From the NCBI GenBank assembly GCA_977862235.1, contig OZ374564.1:2418001-2482000 (forward strand): 64,000 nt of DNA, given 5' to 3'. A program made the position numbers and the translations under genes. This stretch comes from Dudresnaya verticillata. Lineage: Eukaryota. Numbering within the stretch: position 1 is the stretch's first letter; every line of letters starts with the position of its first letter. This document shows, in pieces, positions 1 through 11,518 of the stretch. The notes beneath the pieces were generated by a model. That model did not search any database and was not told the origin of the DNA. It worked only from the letters and a program-made list of their open reading frames with translations.

Positions 1-636
1 CCATCGTACAGAAATACGGGCGGGCGGGTCGTGCAACGCGGTCGGGGAGCGACGGGCAGGGCGCGCTGACGAGGTGACGGCAGCGGGATCCACGGTGTGC
101 ACGAGGGTGGGCAACCGCGACAGCAGGTTTTGCCCAAGGAGTTGTGCCTCGCGGGGCGGGGCGGGGGGCGGGTGACGAGGCAGTCTGTATGCGGTCGCGT
201 GCGGATTTTTGCACAGACGCGCAAAGCACAGTGCACCCGTTGCACCAGAAAGCCGAAAAACTGGTGACGGGGTAGTCTGTAGGCGGCGTCGAGCACGCGC
301 GGGGCGGGCCAGATGGGCGATGCGGCGCGCATCAGCGCGCGCGGCGAGGGGCATGCTGCGGGCCGGCAATTTCCAATTTGGCCCAGAGCGGACCGCGGAG
401 TGGGCCGGGCGGGCCAAATCGACGCAAGGAAATTGAAATTCGGAATACCTGGAAATATTTTGGGTAAATTCACGCAAACCGCCATAACTTTGGAAGGAAT
501 GGTCCGTTAGCCAATCGGATTTCACCACCGTACTCAGGGGACGCTCCCCTTTCCAACGCTATCAGAAAATAGCTATTCGACTCCAGTCTGTTTCGAAAGT
601 CATATTTTGAAATCGCTCAAATGCGTGTTGAGGCCC

Positions 637-3600
637 CTAGGTGTATATCCAATGTTCGCAGAACGCTTTCGCCACTGTATAAGCCTTTACCGTTTTCAAC
701 GGTATAGCTCTAGTAAGCTTTGAAAAGCGATCTGTCATCACGAGAAGATACTCGTTGCCCCTACCCGATCCAGGTAGCGGTCGTAGGATGTCAATCCCCA
801 CGAATTCTAACGGCATGGTAGCCGGAAACAACTTCATATTTGAAGCGTGTTGTCGCAGTTGGGCCCGTTGCTGGGCCCATTTGACACAGTTCCGAGCTGT
901 AGCTTACACCGCGAAAGCCATGCCAGGCCAGAATACCTGTAGACGTAAGTTATGATACATCCTTGTCGCACCGGGGTGATCGACCATCTCCGGGTAGTGC
1001 GCGAGATGCAGGACCCGTTCTTGGAGAACTCTAGGTATCACTACCTGTAGTGTCTTGTCTATGTACGACCGTCGGACTAGCAGTCCTTGTTCATCTTCCA
1101 GATAGCAACCTGGTTTTCCAGATTCGATGGCGAGTTTGATACCCATACAGAATTGATCGGTTCGGTGAGAGCGAAGAATTTCCTCCACGGTGAGCAGAAA
1201 AAGACTCTTTTCGTCCACTTCTTCCTCAGCAACGTTGGCTATTAGTTGTTCATCCTCGAGTTGCGACTCGACTGAGTCGTTCTCGGGTTCCACCTCCCAG
1301 ACCTCCAGGGGTTTGGATGTGGCTTCCGTTCGCGAATCTCTGTCAGCCGAAAGGTCGCGAAGATGAGTCCGATCGCAGTCAGCGATTACGAAGCAAGGAA
1401 TCTCCAGATCTGGTTCCCAGTTGGTGAAACCAAAGGTAGGTAATCGCGAGACGGCATCAGCTATCTGATTCTTCTTTCCCTTACGGTATTGAAGCGTGAA
1501 GTTGTGTTCGAGGAGTCGCAAGCGCCAACGCGCTAATCGTCCGGATGCATCCGTCATATGCATCATCCAATTAAGCGCCTGGTGGTCCGTCTACAAGTCA
1601 AAATGCGACCTTTACAAATATGGCCTGAACATTTGGGTGCCCCAGACCACCGCGAGGCATTCCTTCTCGCCGACAGAGTAATTTCGTTATGCCTGGATCA
1701 GGCCTCGGCTCCAAAACCCGATATGGTGACGTGCTACATCTGGTTCTATTTGCACCAGGGCACACCCTATCTGATAGTTACAAGCATCGGTATCCACCGA
1801 TTGAGTTATATCTTCTTTTGTAAGTCGAAGAATAGGTGATGCTACTAGCGCCTTCTTGAATAATCCGAACGCTTCGCGTTGTTGCTCGTCGAATGGCGGT
1901 AGTTCAAATCCAACATCCTTCTGTAGAAGGCTATTAAGGGGTGACGCGACGCGTGCGAAGTTCGGCGCAAAGCGTCTATAGACGTCACATAGTCCAATAA
2001 ACGATCGCAGTTGCGTTTGCGTTGTTGGCTCCTTGAAGCCTTCAATGGCTTGCGTGTTCTTTGTAGCTACTTCCACTAGTCCTGGCTGGATCACATGTCC
2101 GAGATAATCCACGCTCTTTGTGAATAAGTTACATTTCTTAAGCTTGAACGAGACTCCCGCTTCTTTCAATACCGAGAGTATTTCTTGAACATGACCTAAT
2201 TGTTCGTCGACAATCTTTCAGAAGATTATGATATCATCCAAGTAGACAAGACAGGACTTCCCTCGGTAACCCGATAGTAGAACATGAAGGGTTCTCTGAA
2301 AGGTCGCCGGCGCGTTGCACAATCCGAAGGCATTCAACAGAACTGGAAACAACCTGCAAGACAGGCAAACGCTGTTTTGGCCTCGTCTTCAGCTGCGACG
2401 GGTATTTGTCAGCAGCCCGAGTTACAATCGAGAGTTGTAAAGTACTGGGCGTCGCCCAATGAGTCTAAAAGCTCATTCATTCGTGGTAGCGGATATTGAA
2501 CCTTAATTGTGATCGCATTCAGCTTCCGGTAATCGACACAGAAATGGAAAGATCCGTCAGGATTCTTATCCAGTACCACTGGGCTTGCAAAGCCCGAGCG
2601 CGCAGGAGCGCGCAGGCTCTATGACTCCTTCCTTAAACATCTTAACTACTTCGTCTTGCTCCGCTTGTCGCGCTTTCGGTTTTGGACCCGTCAGTGAGTT
2701 CGATCCTATGCTCCGTGACCTTGATGGTCCCACGTTTCCCGCTCCACATGTCAGCGAAAGGTCGTAACATTTTGCGGACGCCGCTTTTTTCAGACGTAGA
2801 AAGGTGTTTCAATTCCAGTTCGTGGACCGTTAGGTTTTCGGTAGCGGTTTTAACACCCGGCTTGGAATCGGTCGCACCGAGAGCATCAGCCAGCCCTGCC
2901 CCCTACATCGAAGGATGTGTTGGTATGAGGACTCGAGTCACTTGGAATCGGGACCGGGTTTTCAGGGACATTGTCGATGGAAGCGGAATAAACTGGCGTG
3001 GCCGTGGGAGCTGGGACAGCTCGACCAATTACTTGGTTCTTGTTCACTTGCTGCACGCGAGAAGAAACGTTAGCGATTTCGACGTGGAACAGAACGTTCT
3101 CCTGGACCTTGACGATTCCGTTCGTTACGAAGACTTGTTGACGGTCGTAAAGCCGTTGAAAAGAATCCAGGAAGTGAGCCGCACACGTGAAGGAGACCCG
3201 GGTTTCTGAACCGGGTTTCAAGTTAGTTGTTAATGCACCTCTCTCAAGTCGCGATTTATGTAGAGGAAGTACCTCCATGGGTTCGCCAGAGCTTGCAGCT
3301 CGCGGGATTCCGCACCGGCGGCGTATAATCGGGTGTACTGAGCCGTCTTGCAGGATGACGTGTTGTTTGCGCACTCGCAACGCCTCGACTTGGGTATCGC
3401 TATAGGTACAACCCTAAATCATATCCACGGCTAAAGCCTTGACTACGACGAACGGTTGATGAACCGTATAGGTCCCAATCCTGACGGCCAGGGAGATCAT
3501 CCCCAAGGTAGTTGAGCGATGGGTTGACGCTGAGGTTAAGTTAACGATCGATCGGTTCGATGAAATCTTCTTTCTGCCTTCCAAAGACAGCACATCCGCT

Positions 3601-3930
3601 CTGATGAGGTTAGGGCCCGCGCCCGTGTCCATTACTGAGAGTACTTGCGTTAAATGTTCAACGGAGGTCCCAACGGACGCGACAAAGCTATGGTTGTATC
3701 GCGTGAGCGAGCAGATTGGGTCCTTAACATACTCATGGTACTTAGACCCCGGGGGGTAGGCCCATGGAGATTGCTAATAACTTCTTTGGAAGAGGAGCCG
3801 GAAGTTTCGATGACACCGATCGGTTGGTTGAGGAAGCGCTTAGGAACTCACATTCCTCCGAGCGATCGGGGGTGCCGATATGACTGATACGACTGGAGTC
3901 GCCCAGTGAACCGAAACCGGTTCTCCCTAG
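637..3930 (-). pseudogene. pol: pol pseudogene (aspartic protease, RT, RNase H, N-terminal half of integrase)
   Basis: Motifs MDTGAGPNLI (protease, 3632), VYLDD region (~2240), LKKCNLF..YLGHVI, DTDAC.YQIG, GRLARWRLRL and GIDIL..LLVMTDRFSK. Many stops and frameshifts. Confidence 0.9.
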
Positions 3931-6250
3931 CCAACTTTTCGGCCTACTCAGGCGACCGCGGTAGCAGTGGAGGCGGCGGAAGGGGTGTAACCCTGATCTT
4001 GGCGAGCGTGGCGCCGACGGCTGCTGTTGCGGCACGTCCACTGGGTGGTTCAACCCTCCCTGAAATTGGACATGGGTATTTCTACCGGGGGCCGGTCCCA
4101 AATTTTGAGGAGGCCCCGTCGATGGCCCTGCCCCACGTCCTGACGATGCATAGTCGTGATGCTCCGTGCGGGTGTTCCCATTTGCAAAATCGGGCAGGCG
4201 CCCTATGGTAGCTAACCATGCCTTTTGTTCACGAGGCAGGTGATTAAACTGTTGGCGTATTAAAGCCTCAAATGATGGTTCATCTGTTCGAGCCATATAT
4301 AGGCAATTAGGCTTTTTATGCCCCACGCCAAGACATTCGAAGCAGGTGTTGTTTGGAATGTCCTCGACAGTCACCCATCCCGGACGTTGAGTCCTCGTTG
4401 GCTGTGCCCATGCAGGGAGCCGGTGATCTTAGTTCTGAAGAACTGCGTCCACTTCACCATAATACGGTTGGTCACTTGGAGGACCAGACTACGCGTCTGA
4501 TCGGGGCACTGTAGAAGGCGGCGCTTCACTATCAATGGATGCTACGACAGCTTCATTGCTGTACACGTCAGAGATACTGCTCTTTGAAGTGACGGATTCC
4601 GAGGACCTCTGAGTCCTGTTCTGACGAATGAGGAGGGCGCGTCCTGACTTGTGAGTCTTCACCCGTGCAAGGGTTTTATGAGGTAGCGATGAGATCGCTT
4701 TCTTAAGACGTCCGCCACCCGCTAGGGCGCGGTGCGAATCTCCCTGCGCTGTCACCAGCTCCACATAATCCGCCAATAGCGCCGAGCGAGGATCCAAAAT
4801 CGACGTACTCAAGAGCGGTTTTACCGCTGGTAGCAACCCATGTGTAAAACGCGTTATCAGGTCCTGTTAGAAGTAAACTCAAGCGACCTTTCGCGCCTTG
4901 CTTTTTCCAGACGTCTAGAAAACGTAAATTCATCCCGGCTGACTCTTGAGTCATGATGTCCATTTCTGAAGAAATTTTCTCAATGTAGACATCTTTGGCG
5001 TATGTACGCAGAAGATAATTGATGGCTTCCGGCCATTCGTTGAATCCGCCGTTATCGTCTCCGGCTACATCAAAGCTCGCCTCGAACATGTCCTTTGTAT
5101 CCTTTAAAGGAACGCTGGTATGAACAGGATGGCCGCGCCTTCGCTCACTTGAGCTTGATCAAGCTGTCGCTTCAAGGTGGCTAGAAGGCCAATAATAGCA
5201 ACCGGGTCCCTCCCATCGAATCTTCGACTTCTCACCCCGGATTTAATCCGTTTAATCTTCTTCAATGTGGCTTCTGTCACCTCGGGTCCTCGATATGAAT
5301 CGACGTTAAGCAACCGGTATCTCCGGTACGAAAGGACCTGTTTGAAAGCAGGATTGCGCGGAGTTAACTCCTTGATTCCCGCTCGGCGAGGTCCTTGCCA
5401 GGAACTCCAAGAAGGTCTGGAAAGGCCTCTAGACGTTGGTTCGTCCGTATCCGATTGCAGCGGGGTAGGATGTAAGCGGCTTTGACGTTGTTCGTCGAAC
5501 CTACGGCTAGAAAGCCGGTCTTGTAGGGCGTCCTTTGGATTGCGACATCCGTTGGACCCGTGCGCTTTCCAGCAATCGCACCGGCGGTGTTCAGACCTCC
5601 AACGATCAAAGTCGTCATTCCCAGAATCATCATCCGAGTCACGTCTCGGAGACGTCCTGCGACGGTCCCGCATACCACGGGGCACGGGGGAGCGTCGCCG
5701 CTCGACCTCAGGGATTAAATCCCTCTCGCGACTGAGTCGTCGCATCTTTTCTTCCAGCAATATCACCTTCCGCTTTTCTGCATCAAGCTCTCGTCTTAAG
5801 AGCTCGATAGCTCTGTCTTGTTCGACAAACCTTGTGTCGTCTACGTTTCTACGAACGTCTTCTATAGCCATTACGGCTTCCTATCAAGTAAGGTCGGTAA
5901 CCTTGGTAAGCGTATGGAGATTTCCATGGACGGCGTCCGACTGGTCACCCAGTGAATCAACTTGTGCCTGCAGGGTTTCGACCCTTTCTTCTTCTAATGC
6001 TCTTGAAAGAGGACCTTGTCGGAATCGAGATTTGATCTCTTGTTCACATTTAGCCAGCAGGCGGTCGTCACGGCGCGCAGACGCCTCGTCGAACTATCCC
6101 TTCACATTTGAAAAGGTATCATCGGCTTGGCTTTCCAGGAGCGCCATGACGCTCGTCGCTACCGTCTTTGACGTTTTTACCGCCTTTGGCGACTGGAATC
6201 GAGCTCGAGGCGCGAACTCGCTCGTGATCCCTGTTTCCGCCGATGGCGCT
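3931..6250 (-). pseudogene. gag: gag pseudogene with CCHC-type knuckle remnant
   Basis: ORF fragments 5104-5871, 4703-5089, 4489-4836 and 3742-4374 align with gag 20070-22845 (e.g. RRFDG..PV.IIG.LATLKRQLDQA; CFECLGVGHKKPNC). The 5' boundary is approximate. Confidence 0.85.
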
Positions 6251-6345
6251 AGTCATTCGACTTTGTCGGGCAACTTGGTCAAGAACCCCACCTCCCGCTC
6301 ACAGCGGATAGTGACGGCAATGCCGGGTTGAGAGAACGCGTGGGG

Positions 6346-7847
6346 TGTAGTTACTGGGGCACGCTGCCGCGCCCCGTGGCATATTTGCACACGTGGCACG
6401 TGTCGCAGGGCAGTGGAGGACAACGGGACCAAGAGGCTGTAAGCGCGGTGTGTGGACACGTGTAGGTGCAAGCATTAGCGCGGCGCGCGCGGTGGCGTGG
6501 GCAAATATGTCAGGCGCGCGGCTGCATTCCGACGGTGCTTGTCAGACGCACGACGGAACGACACGTGTCCTGAGTTCCCGTGCGCCGCAGTGCCACCGCC
6601 GTCGCCCACGCAGCAGTAGTAATACTTAGGTAACCCGTCTAGGACGTCAGAGTAGACCCCGGCAAGCTGTTGTTGGTAGCTGAATGCAACTTCCCGCTAG
6701 CGCGTGCGTCGTCACCGCTGTCGTTAGGCAAAGCGTTGGTACCTCCGTGCTTCCACGTTCAACCTGTCGTTGACGTGTTCCCCTTTATGGCGTTAACAAA
6801 TGCCCCTTTGTAGTATAGACTTCGGGTCGATCCGACGTCTAATACGCGCTGGTCCGAAGCCGCCGCACAGACCCATCGATGGGTAGCTGTTGTGTGTGGT
6901 AGAGCGGTGTCGGCCGCGTGCGCCCCCGCAGGTGCGTATCGACGGCGTCGATGCCGGAGCGCGCACGGGGCGTACCGTACGCGGGTAGGTAGCGACCGGA
7001 TCCCAGCATCCCTGTCGAAGGGCGGCACGAAGCCGACGGAAAGGAAGAGGAAAGGGGAAAAGCCTAGCGAGGCAAGAGGAAAAAGGGAAACCGCCCGCTG
7101 GCGTAAGGCAAAGGGATCGAACCCGAAGAGGCTGGGGCAAGCCTCAAGGCGAGCTGTTGCTTGCCCGGTTTACTGACCCGTCGATGGCGGACGGCCTTAA
7201 ATACCCTACACTATGTACACTACGGGTACTGTACAGTGGGATACGCCCTGCGACACCAACGCGGGAGGTGGGCGTGCGCGCGCCCATACACGTGTCGACA
7301 CGTCCGGGTAACGGCAACCCGTGGGCGCGCGCGGGGCGTAACGGGCAGCGGCCCTCTCAACGGCTCGATGCCAGAGAGCGACACTGGGGCGCGCCGTGTG
7401 CGGCACGGTGCGCGGCCGCTGCCGGCAGCAATGCGGTCGACCGCTACTAACTCAAAGAAAAAACTAAGGGCACGCTGCTCAACCACGACTCGCCTGCGGG
7501 CGTCATCGTGTGCACCATTACAGTGCGGGGCTGCCAGCATACCTTACAGCCACTGCTGACAGTGTGCTGACAGCTATACTACACCCCTCCCGCAAGCGTG
7601 TGCGTCGCCACCGCTGCCGTTTGGCAAAGCGTCGGTACCTCCGTCCCCCCACGTTCAACACCGTCTTTGACGTGTTTCCATTTCCGTCTTGTTTCGTTTC
7701 TTTGGTTTCGACCTACCTACCGCCGAGGGCGTTTACAGTCCGCCTTGTGGCGTTGTCTATGCTCTACCACCCCTACCGTCTCTGACGTGCTACCCGCCAG
7801 GCCTCGAACTGCCCGGGCGTGCTTTTCCGTCCTAGACGTTTTGCACA
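6346..7847 (+). mobile_element. Family D-like LTR with an internal ~120-bp tandem duplication, interrupted by solo LTR E
   Basis: Starts TGTAGT and ends GACGTTTTGCACA. Shares blocks with the D LTRs (GTCAGGCGCGCGGCTGCAT, ACACGTGTCC.GAGTTCCCG, TACTTAGGTAA, CGAACTGC.CGG). Preceded by purine-rich GAGAGAACGCGTGGGG. No TSD found. Confidence 0.65.
6809..7583 (-). mobile_element. Solo LTR (family E), 775 bp
   Basis: Perfect 10-bp terminal inverted repeat TGTAGTATAG...CTATACTACA. Flanks CCCTT/CCCCT fit a 5-bp TSD with one mismatch. Removing it restores D-like sequence. Orientation is inferred from the pyrimidine tract. Confidence 0.75.
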
Positions 7848-8191
7848 ATAGCCATTAGATGTTAGCATCTTCTTACTAAATTCGGCTCAGCCAACGAGGC
7901 AACGGGGACTTTTCCCAGGCTTCTCGACGGTTCGGAACCGTATTATGACACGTGTTTCTCAGGCTGCACGGGAAACCTGCTGAAATAGCTCAACCCGGGC
8001 ATCAGTCCGACGTTGATAGGTACTTCTATGGACGGTTAAAACCCGTTAATGTAGTTTTCTTGCTCACAAGATTTGACCTAACTCTGGAGCTTGAAATGAA
8101 GCGTAGAAACCGTCGACAATTAGACTACTAGGGTTTTACCCTTAGAAAGGAAGATTTTTGAAACTTCAATGGACTAACCGTCCTGACTTGA

Positions 8192-8994
8192 TGTGGCAGT
8201 ATGGACGCTGTCAGCAGGAGGGCTTACAGGAGCGCAATTCTTTTCGCGGGACAGACTGTCCCTTAATCAGGACAGCTGCCCTTTCATCGCTGTACACGTG
8301 GATGACACGTGGGAGACACGTGTGCACACGTGGCCTCACAGTTGTACACGTGGCTTACACGTAGCATTATAATGACGCCAGTTGGACACCTCGTATTGGC
8401 TGATTTACGACGCACCGTTGCGCTCCTACTCACGAACGAGGAGCGCCTCTGCGCTCAGGGTATCGACAATGCAGCCAAGACCCGGACTTGAACACCGGCG
8501 CATCCGCCACCAAGTCCCCTAACTGGAACGCATTCCCACCTTTAACTCGTACTGACTGTACTAATCTTCGTATCTATAATCAAAGACTAACTTAGACCCC
8601 CCTTTCGGGCTGATAGACTTTTCGGCTGTCAAGCCCTACTTATGGGCGCCGGAATAGCCGGCGCCCTCAGAGTAAACACTCAGTGGAGTTGTTCGGAAAG
8701 TGTTCACCTTTTGGTCGTTCGGTCGCTCCGCGCCTGCAGGGGTCGCCCAGTACAGGCCCGGACATCGCACGACACGTGCTCTACGAAATACCGGGTCGCA
8801 ACCTCTATATTTTCCCTCAGTCGGTCGCGCCGAGTCTTTACCGTGCGTCCGCACCCCCCCTTTCGGGCGATCAGGGCTCGCCTCCTTTCAAGCCCCTACC
8901 AAACCTCCTTCGAGCTACCACCCATTAGCGTGTGATATCGGACAGCTGTCTTTTTCTGTTCTTTGCTGTTCCTGGCCGGTGCTATACTGCTACA
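8192..8994 (+). mobile_element. Solo LTR (family A), 803 bp, inserted in the 5' leader of element C
   Basis: TGTGGCAGTAT...ATACTGCTACA termini, perfect TSD CTTGA (8187-8191 and 8995-8999), colinear with LTR 18965-19769. Confidence 0.95.
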
Positions 8995-9057
8995 CTTGAA
9001 TGTCTTGATTCGGCCCGTCGAGGGTAAGCTAGAAAAAGGGTCAACCCAGAGAACTTG

Positions 9058-9075
9058 TTCTAGGTCAGGAGACCA
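9058..9075 (-). promoter_or_regulatory. Primer-binding site of element C (tRNA-Tyr-like)
   Basis: Minus strand reads TGGTCTCCTGACCTAGAA, 1 nt after the LTR end. Confidence 0.8.
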
Positions 9076-9076
9076 C

Positions 9077-9725
9077 TGTAGTAGAATGGCTCCAAGCCAG
9101 AAAACCTACAGCAAAACAGCGTGACAGCTGTCCTGGAACCAATTCTACTCTCGTGGTTGGTAGCTCCTAAACGGGGTGGTAGAGACTTGAAAGGACTCCG
9201 AGTCCTGACCAAGAAGGGAAAAGGAAAGACGAACCGTACTGATTAGAGCACTCGTCGTAGGTAGCACGGCTTGTAAACGCCTAAAGGGGAGTATGTAGCG
9301 GTGATATCATGAGAGTCCAAGAATTGGAAAAACCCCAAGGCACATACCGCTGCCCGTTTAATGCGGGCCCGCTGCTACTCAGGGGCCTAATAAATACGGC
9401 GGGAGCCGGAAAGTTACTGTATTACTACCCGCTCAGTTAGAGCAATAATGCTAACAGTGAGCTCAATACTATACACTAACAGTTACACTAGCGATTAAAA
9501 ATAGGAATGAGCGGTCATACCGCTTCCCTGTGTAAGGTGTCACTGTAAGATGCCAGGCCCAAAATATCCGCGAAATCATGGCGCGTATCCACCACTCAGC
9601 GCGCATAGTGCTCACGTAGTTAATTGTCCAATGGCAAGTGGCCATCTCACTCATGTGTCCCATGCCGTACAGGCGGCGCATGTACACGTGGCTCCTTACA
9701 GCACCCCAGCGCCCGTTCTACCACA
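9077..9725 (-). repeat. 5' LTR of family C element (649 bp)
   Basis: TGTAGTAGAA...TTCTACCACA termini. Homologous to 57439-58979 and adjacent to the PBS. Confidence 0.9.
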
Positions 9726-10228
9726 GTGCCTGGAAGAAAGGGAAAAAGGGCGGCGCCACTCTAACACTCGTAGAGTACATAGCCGTACGAGGCTAAAGCG
9801 TGTAAAGCACCTGGATGGGGGAGTACGGTGAGCCCGTGTAGACCAAAGAAAAGGTACAGACCAGAAACCGACCGTATGGTTCTATTCAACAGACTCCTGC
9901 TAGTCAGGGGCGCAGTAAATATGGCGATGGCCGAAAAAGCCTTCGCTGCTATTCCTATTCTAAGCTATCGTAGTTAGCGTTAATAATTACAATGAGGGAA
10001 TGAACGGTCGTACTCCCCCTTGCTCACGCGCCCTGGGGCACTCACAGCTATAGTTAATCAGCCAATCATCAGGGGCCATCTCATTGGGACGGAACTGTGT
10101 CCAGCAATGCGTGCGTGCTTACAGCGCGCTGTCGCGAAGGGTGCATTACACGCCCCCGTGCGCGCGCGAAAATTACAGCCGCATGCCACGTGTATGGCTT
10201 ACAGCTTCTGGCAGCTCATTGTACCACA
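9726..10228 (-). mobile_element. Partial LTR (family G), probably the target into which element C inserted
   Basis: Ends GTACCACA (TGTGGTAC on minus). Contains repeated TTACAG and a CACGTG, as in the U3 regions of the other LTRs. The other end is not visible. Confidence 0.45.
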
Positions 10229-10723
10229 CCGGCTCGGCAGATAGCAATGGGCTTGTCGGAGAAAGTACAGGAACGACGTCGTCGAGAGTGGCCTTGCGCG
10301 CATGCTCCGCTGTAATGCCCATGACGTTTAGCGCTGGACGTCACGAGACCTGAGGAGGTATTCCGAAGGTCGACAACGGTGGAGATCCGGGTGGGGAGGG
10401 AGGTGCATGGCGTGCAGGGGCGCGCGGTGGGGCAGCAGCGCGCGGTGGCGGGGGTGCGGGGTGGCGCGGGGGCCAGCGGTAGGACGGGGGCGCGGGGGCC
10501 GGCGAACTTTCTGCCCCCAACACAAGCGCGCGAACAATGATGTGCCGATGTGGCGAAGGGATCGGAAAGGGCGCTTGAGACGTGACGCAAAGCGGCTCGA
10601 TCGAGGGATGACGATGGTCGTCAAGAGGCATTTGGTTCGCTCAAATCTAGATTTACGTCTACTAAGGTCCCTTATTTGACTCCGCTCAAACTGCGAAATG
10701 TGTTTTCAAGAGTCACCCAGTGC

Positions 10724-11057
10724 TGTTGTACGTGGGATACTTGGGGTGTGAAAAAACATGAATATCCAATATATGTTGCCCGTACAAGTGTCCACGTCGA
10801 AAATCTCACTTCGACAAATGCTCTATCTTAAACTAGATAATTCCGTTCGTGCCTCGCATGTACTCAGCTTAAGCTGGAATAGACAAAATGCGGACCAAAC
10901 AGTCCATCCCGGGCCATAAAAAAGAACTTGCTGCCCAGCAGTTCCAACTAGAGGTTTAAACGCTGTCCACGCTGTCGTTGTTGTCAAATCTGTTGTAGGT
11001 CGGATACTTAGGGTCTGAGAAAACATGAATATCTAATAATAATATTGCCCGAACAAG
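10724..11057 (+). repeat. ~95-bp direct repeat in two copies (10724-10818; 10990-11057 continuing at 33613-33641)
   Basis: CTGTTGTA.GT.GGATACTT.GGGT.TGA.AAAACATGAATATC...TTGCCCG.ACAAGTG..CACGTCGAAAATCTCAC in both copies. The second copy is split by the MULE. Confidence 0.85.
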
Positions 11058-11245
11058 GGCGGTGTACCGTGGCACCCAGGGTGCGGCGGGTGTCAATCAA
11101 CATGTCGGAGCCAATGACCACCGTCTATACTAAAGCAAAAAGTAGGGCCACGTCGCATATACTCAGTTGCTGATTGGTGGGGCTCTAGCCAATACATTTA
11201 CTCTATACTCAACTAACAAGTACTTGGAACGCAGGGACTGGTCAG
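11058..11245 (+). repeat. MULE left TIR
   Basis: GGGTGCGGCGGGTGTCAATCAAC...GCCAATACATTTACTCTATACTCAA...AAGTACTTGG matches the reverse complement of 33416-33603. Confidence 0.92.
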
Positions 11246-11518
11246 GGGCCTTTCCGTGACCGATATCTGTGTGACAGTGACGAATTTCAAATCGCAACGA
11301 CCGGAAAGCGCGTGGATTATGTGCAGCCGCAGCTGTGGATCCCACCCACCCCCACCCACCCCCTCGCCGCCATCGTCGCCATCGCCGCCATCCGTCCCCG
11401 CCCCGCAGCCATCACGATTGCCTCTCTCTTCCGCGTGCATTGCGTCCATATCTAGCGTGTTTACCCGTTTGCCTCCTAACGGGCTCGACTCTTCCTGCGT
11501 CCTGCGTTCCTACGTACA

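Larger units (their letters stand above)
637..9725 (-). mobile_element. Decayed Ty3/gypsy LTR retrotransposon (family C), 3'-truncated within integrase, with nested LTR insertions
   Basis: 5' LTR at 9077-9725, then a PBS, then gag-PR-RT-RH-IN fragments in gypsy order on the minus strand. Homologous throughout to the element at 18965-32059. Confidence 0.9.

Noticed and set aside
5540..6331. 263-aa Ser/Arg-rich plus-strand ORF
   Set aside because: It is the antisense shadow of family C gag.
8636..8999. Recurrent short ORFs in LTR A and LTR D copies (e.g. MRKHGKDSARP, MVQTSPFRTRV)
   Set aside because: They recur only because the LTR DNA is repeated. They have non-ATG starts and variable ends.
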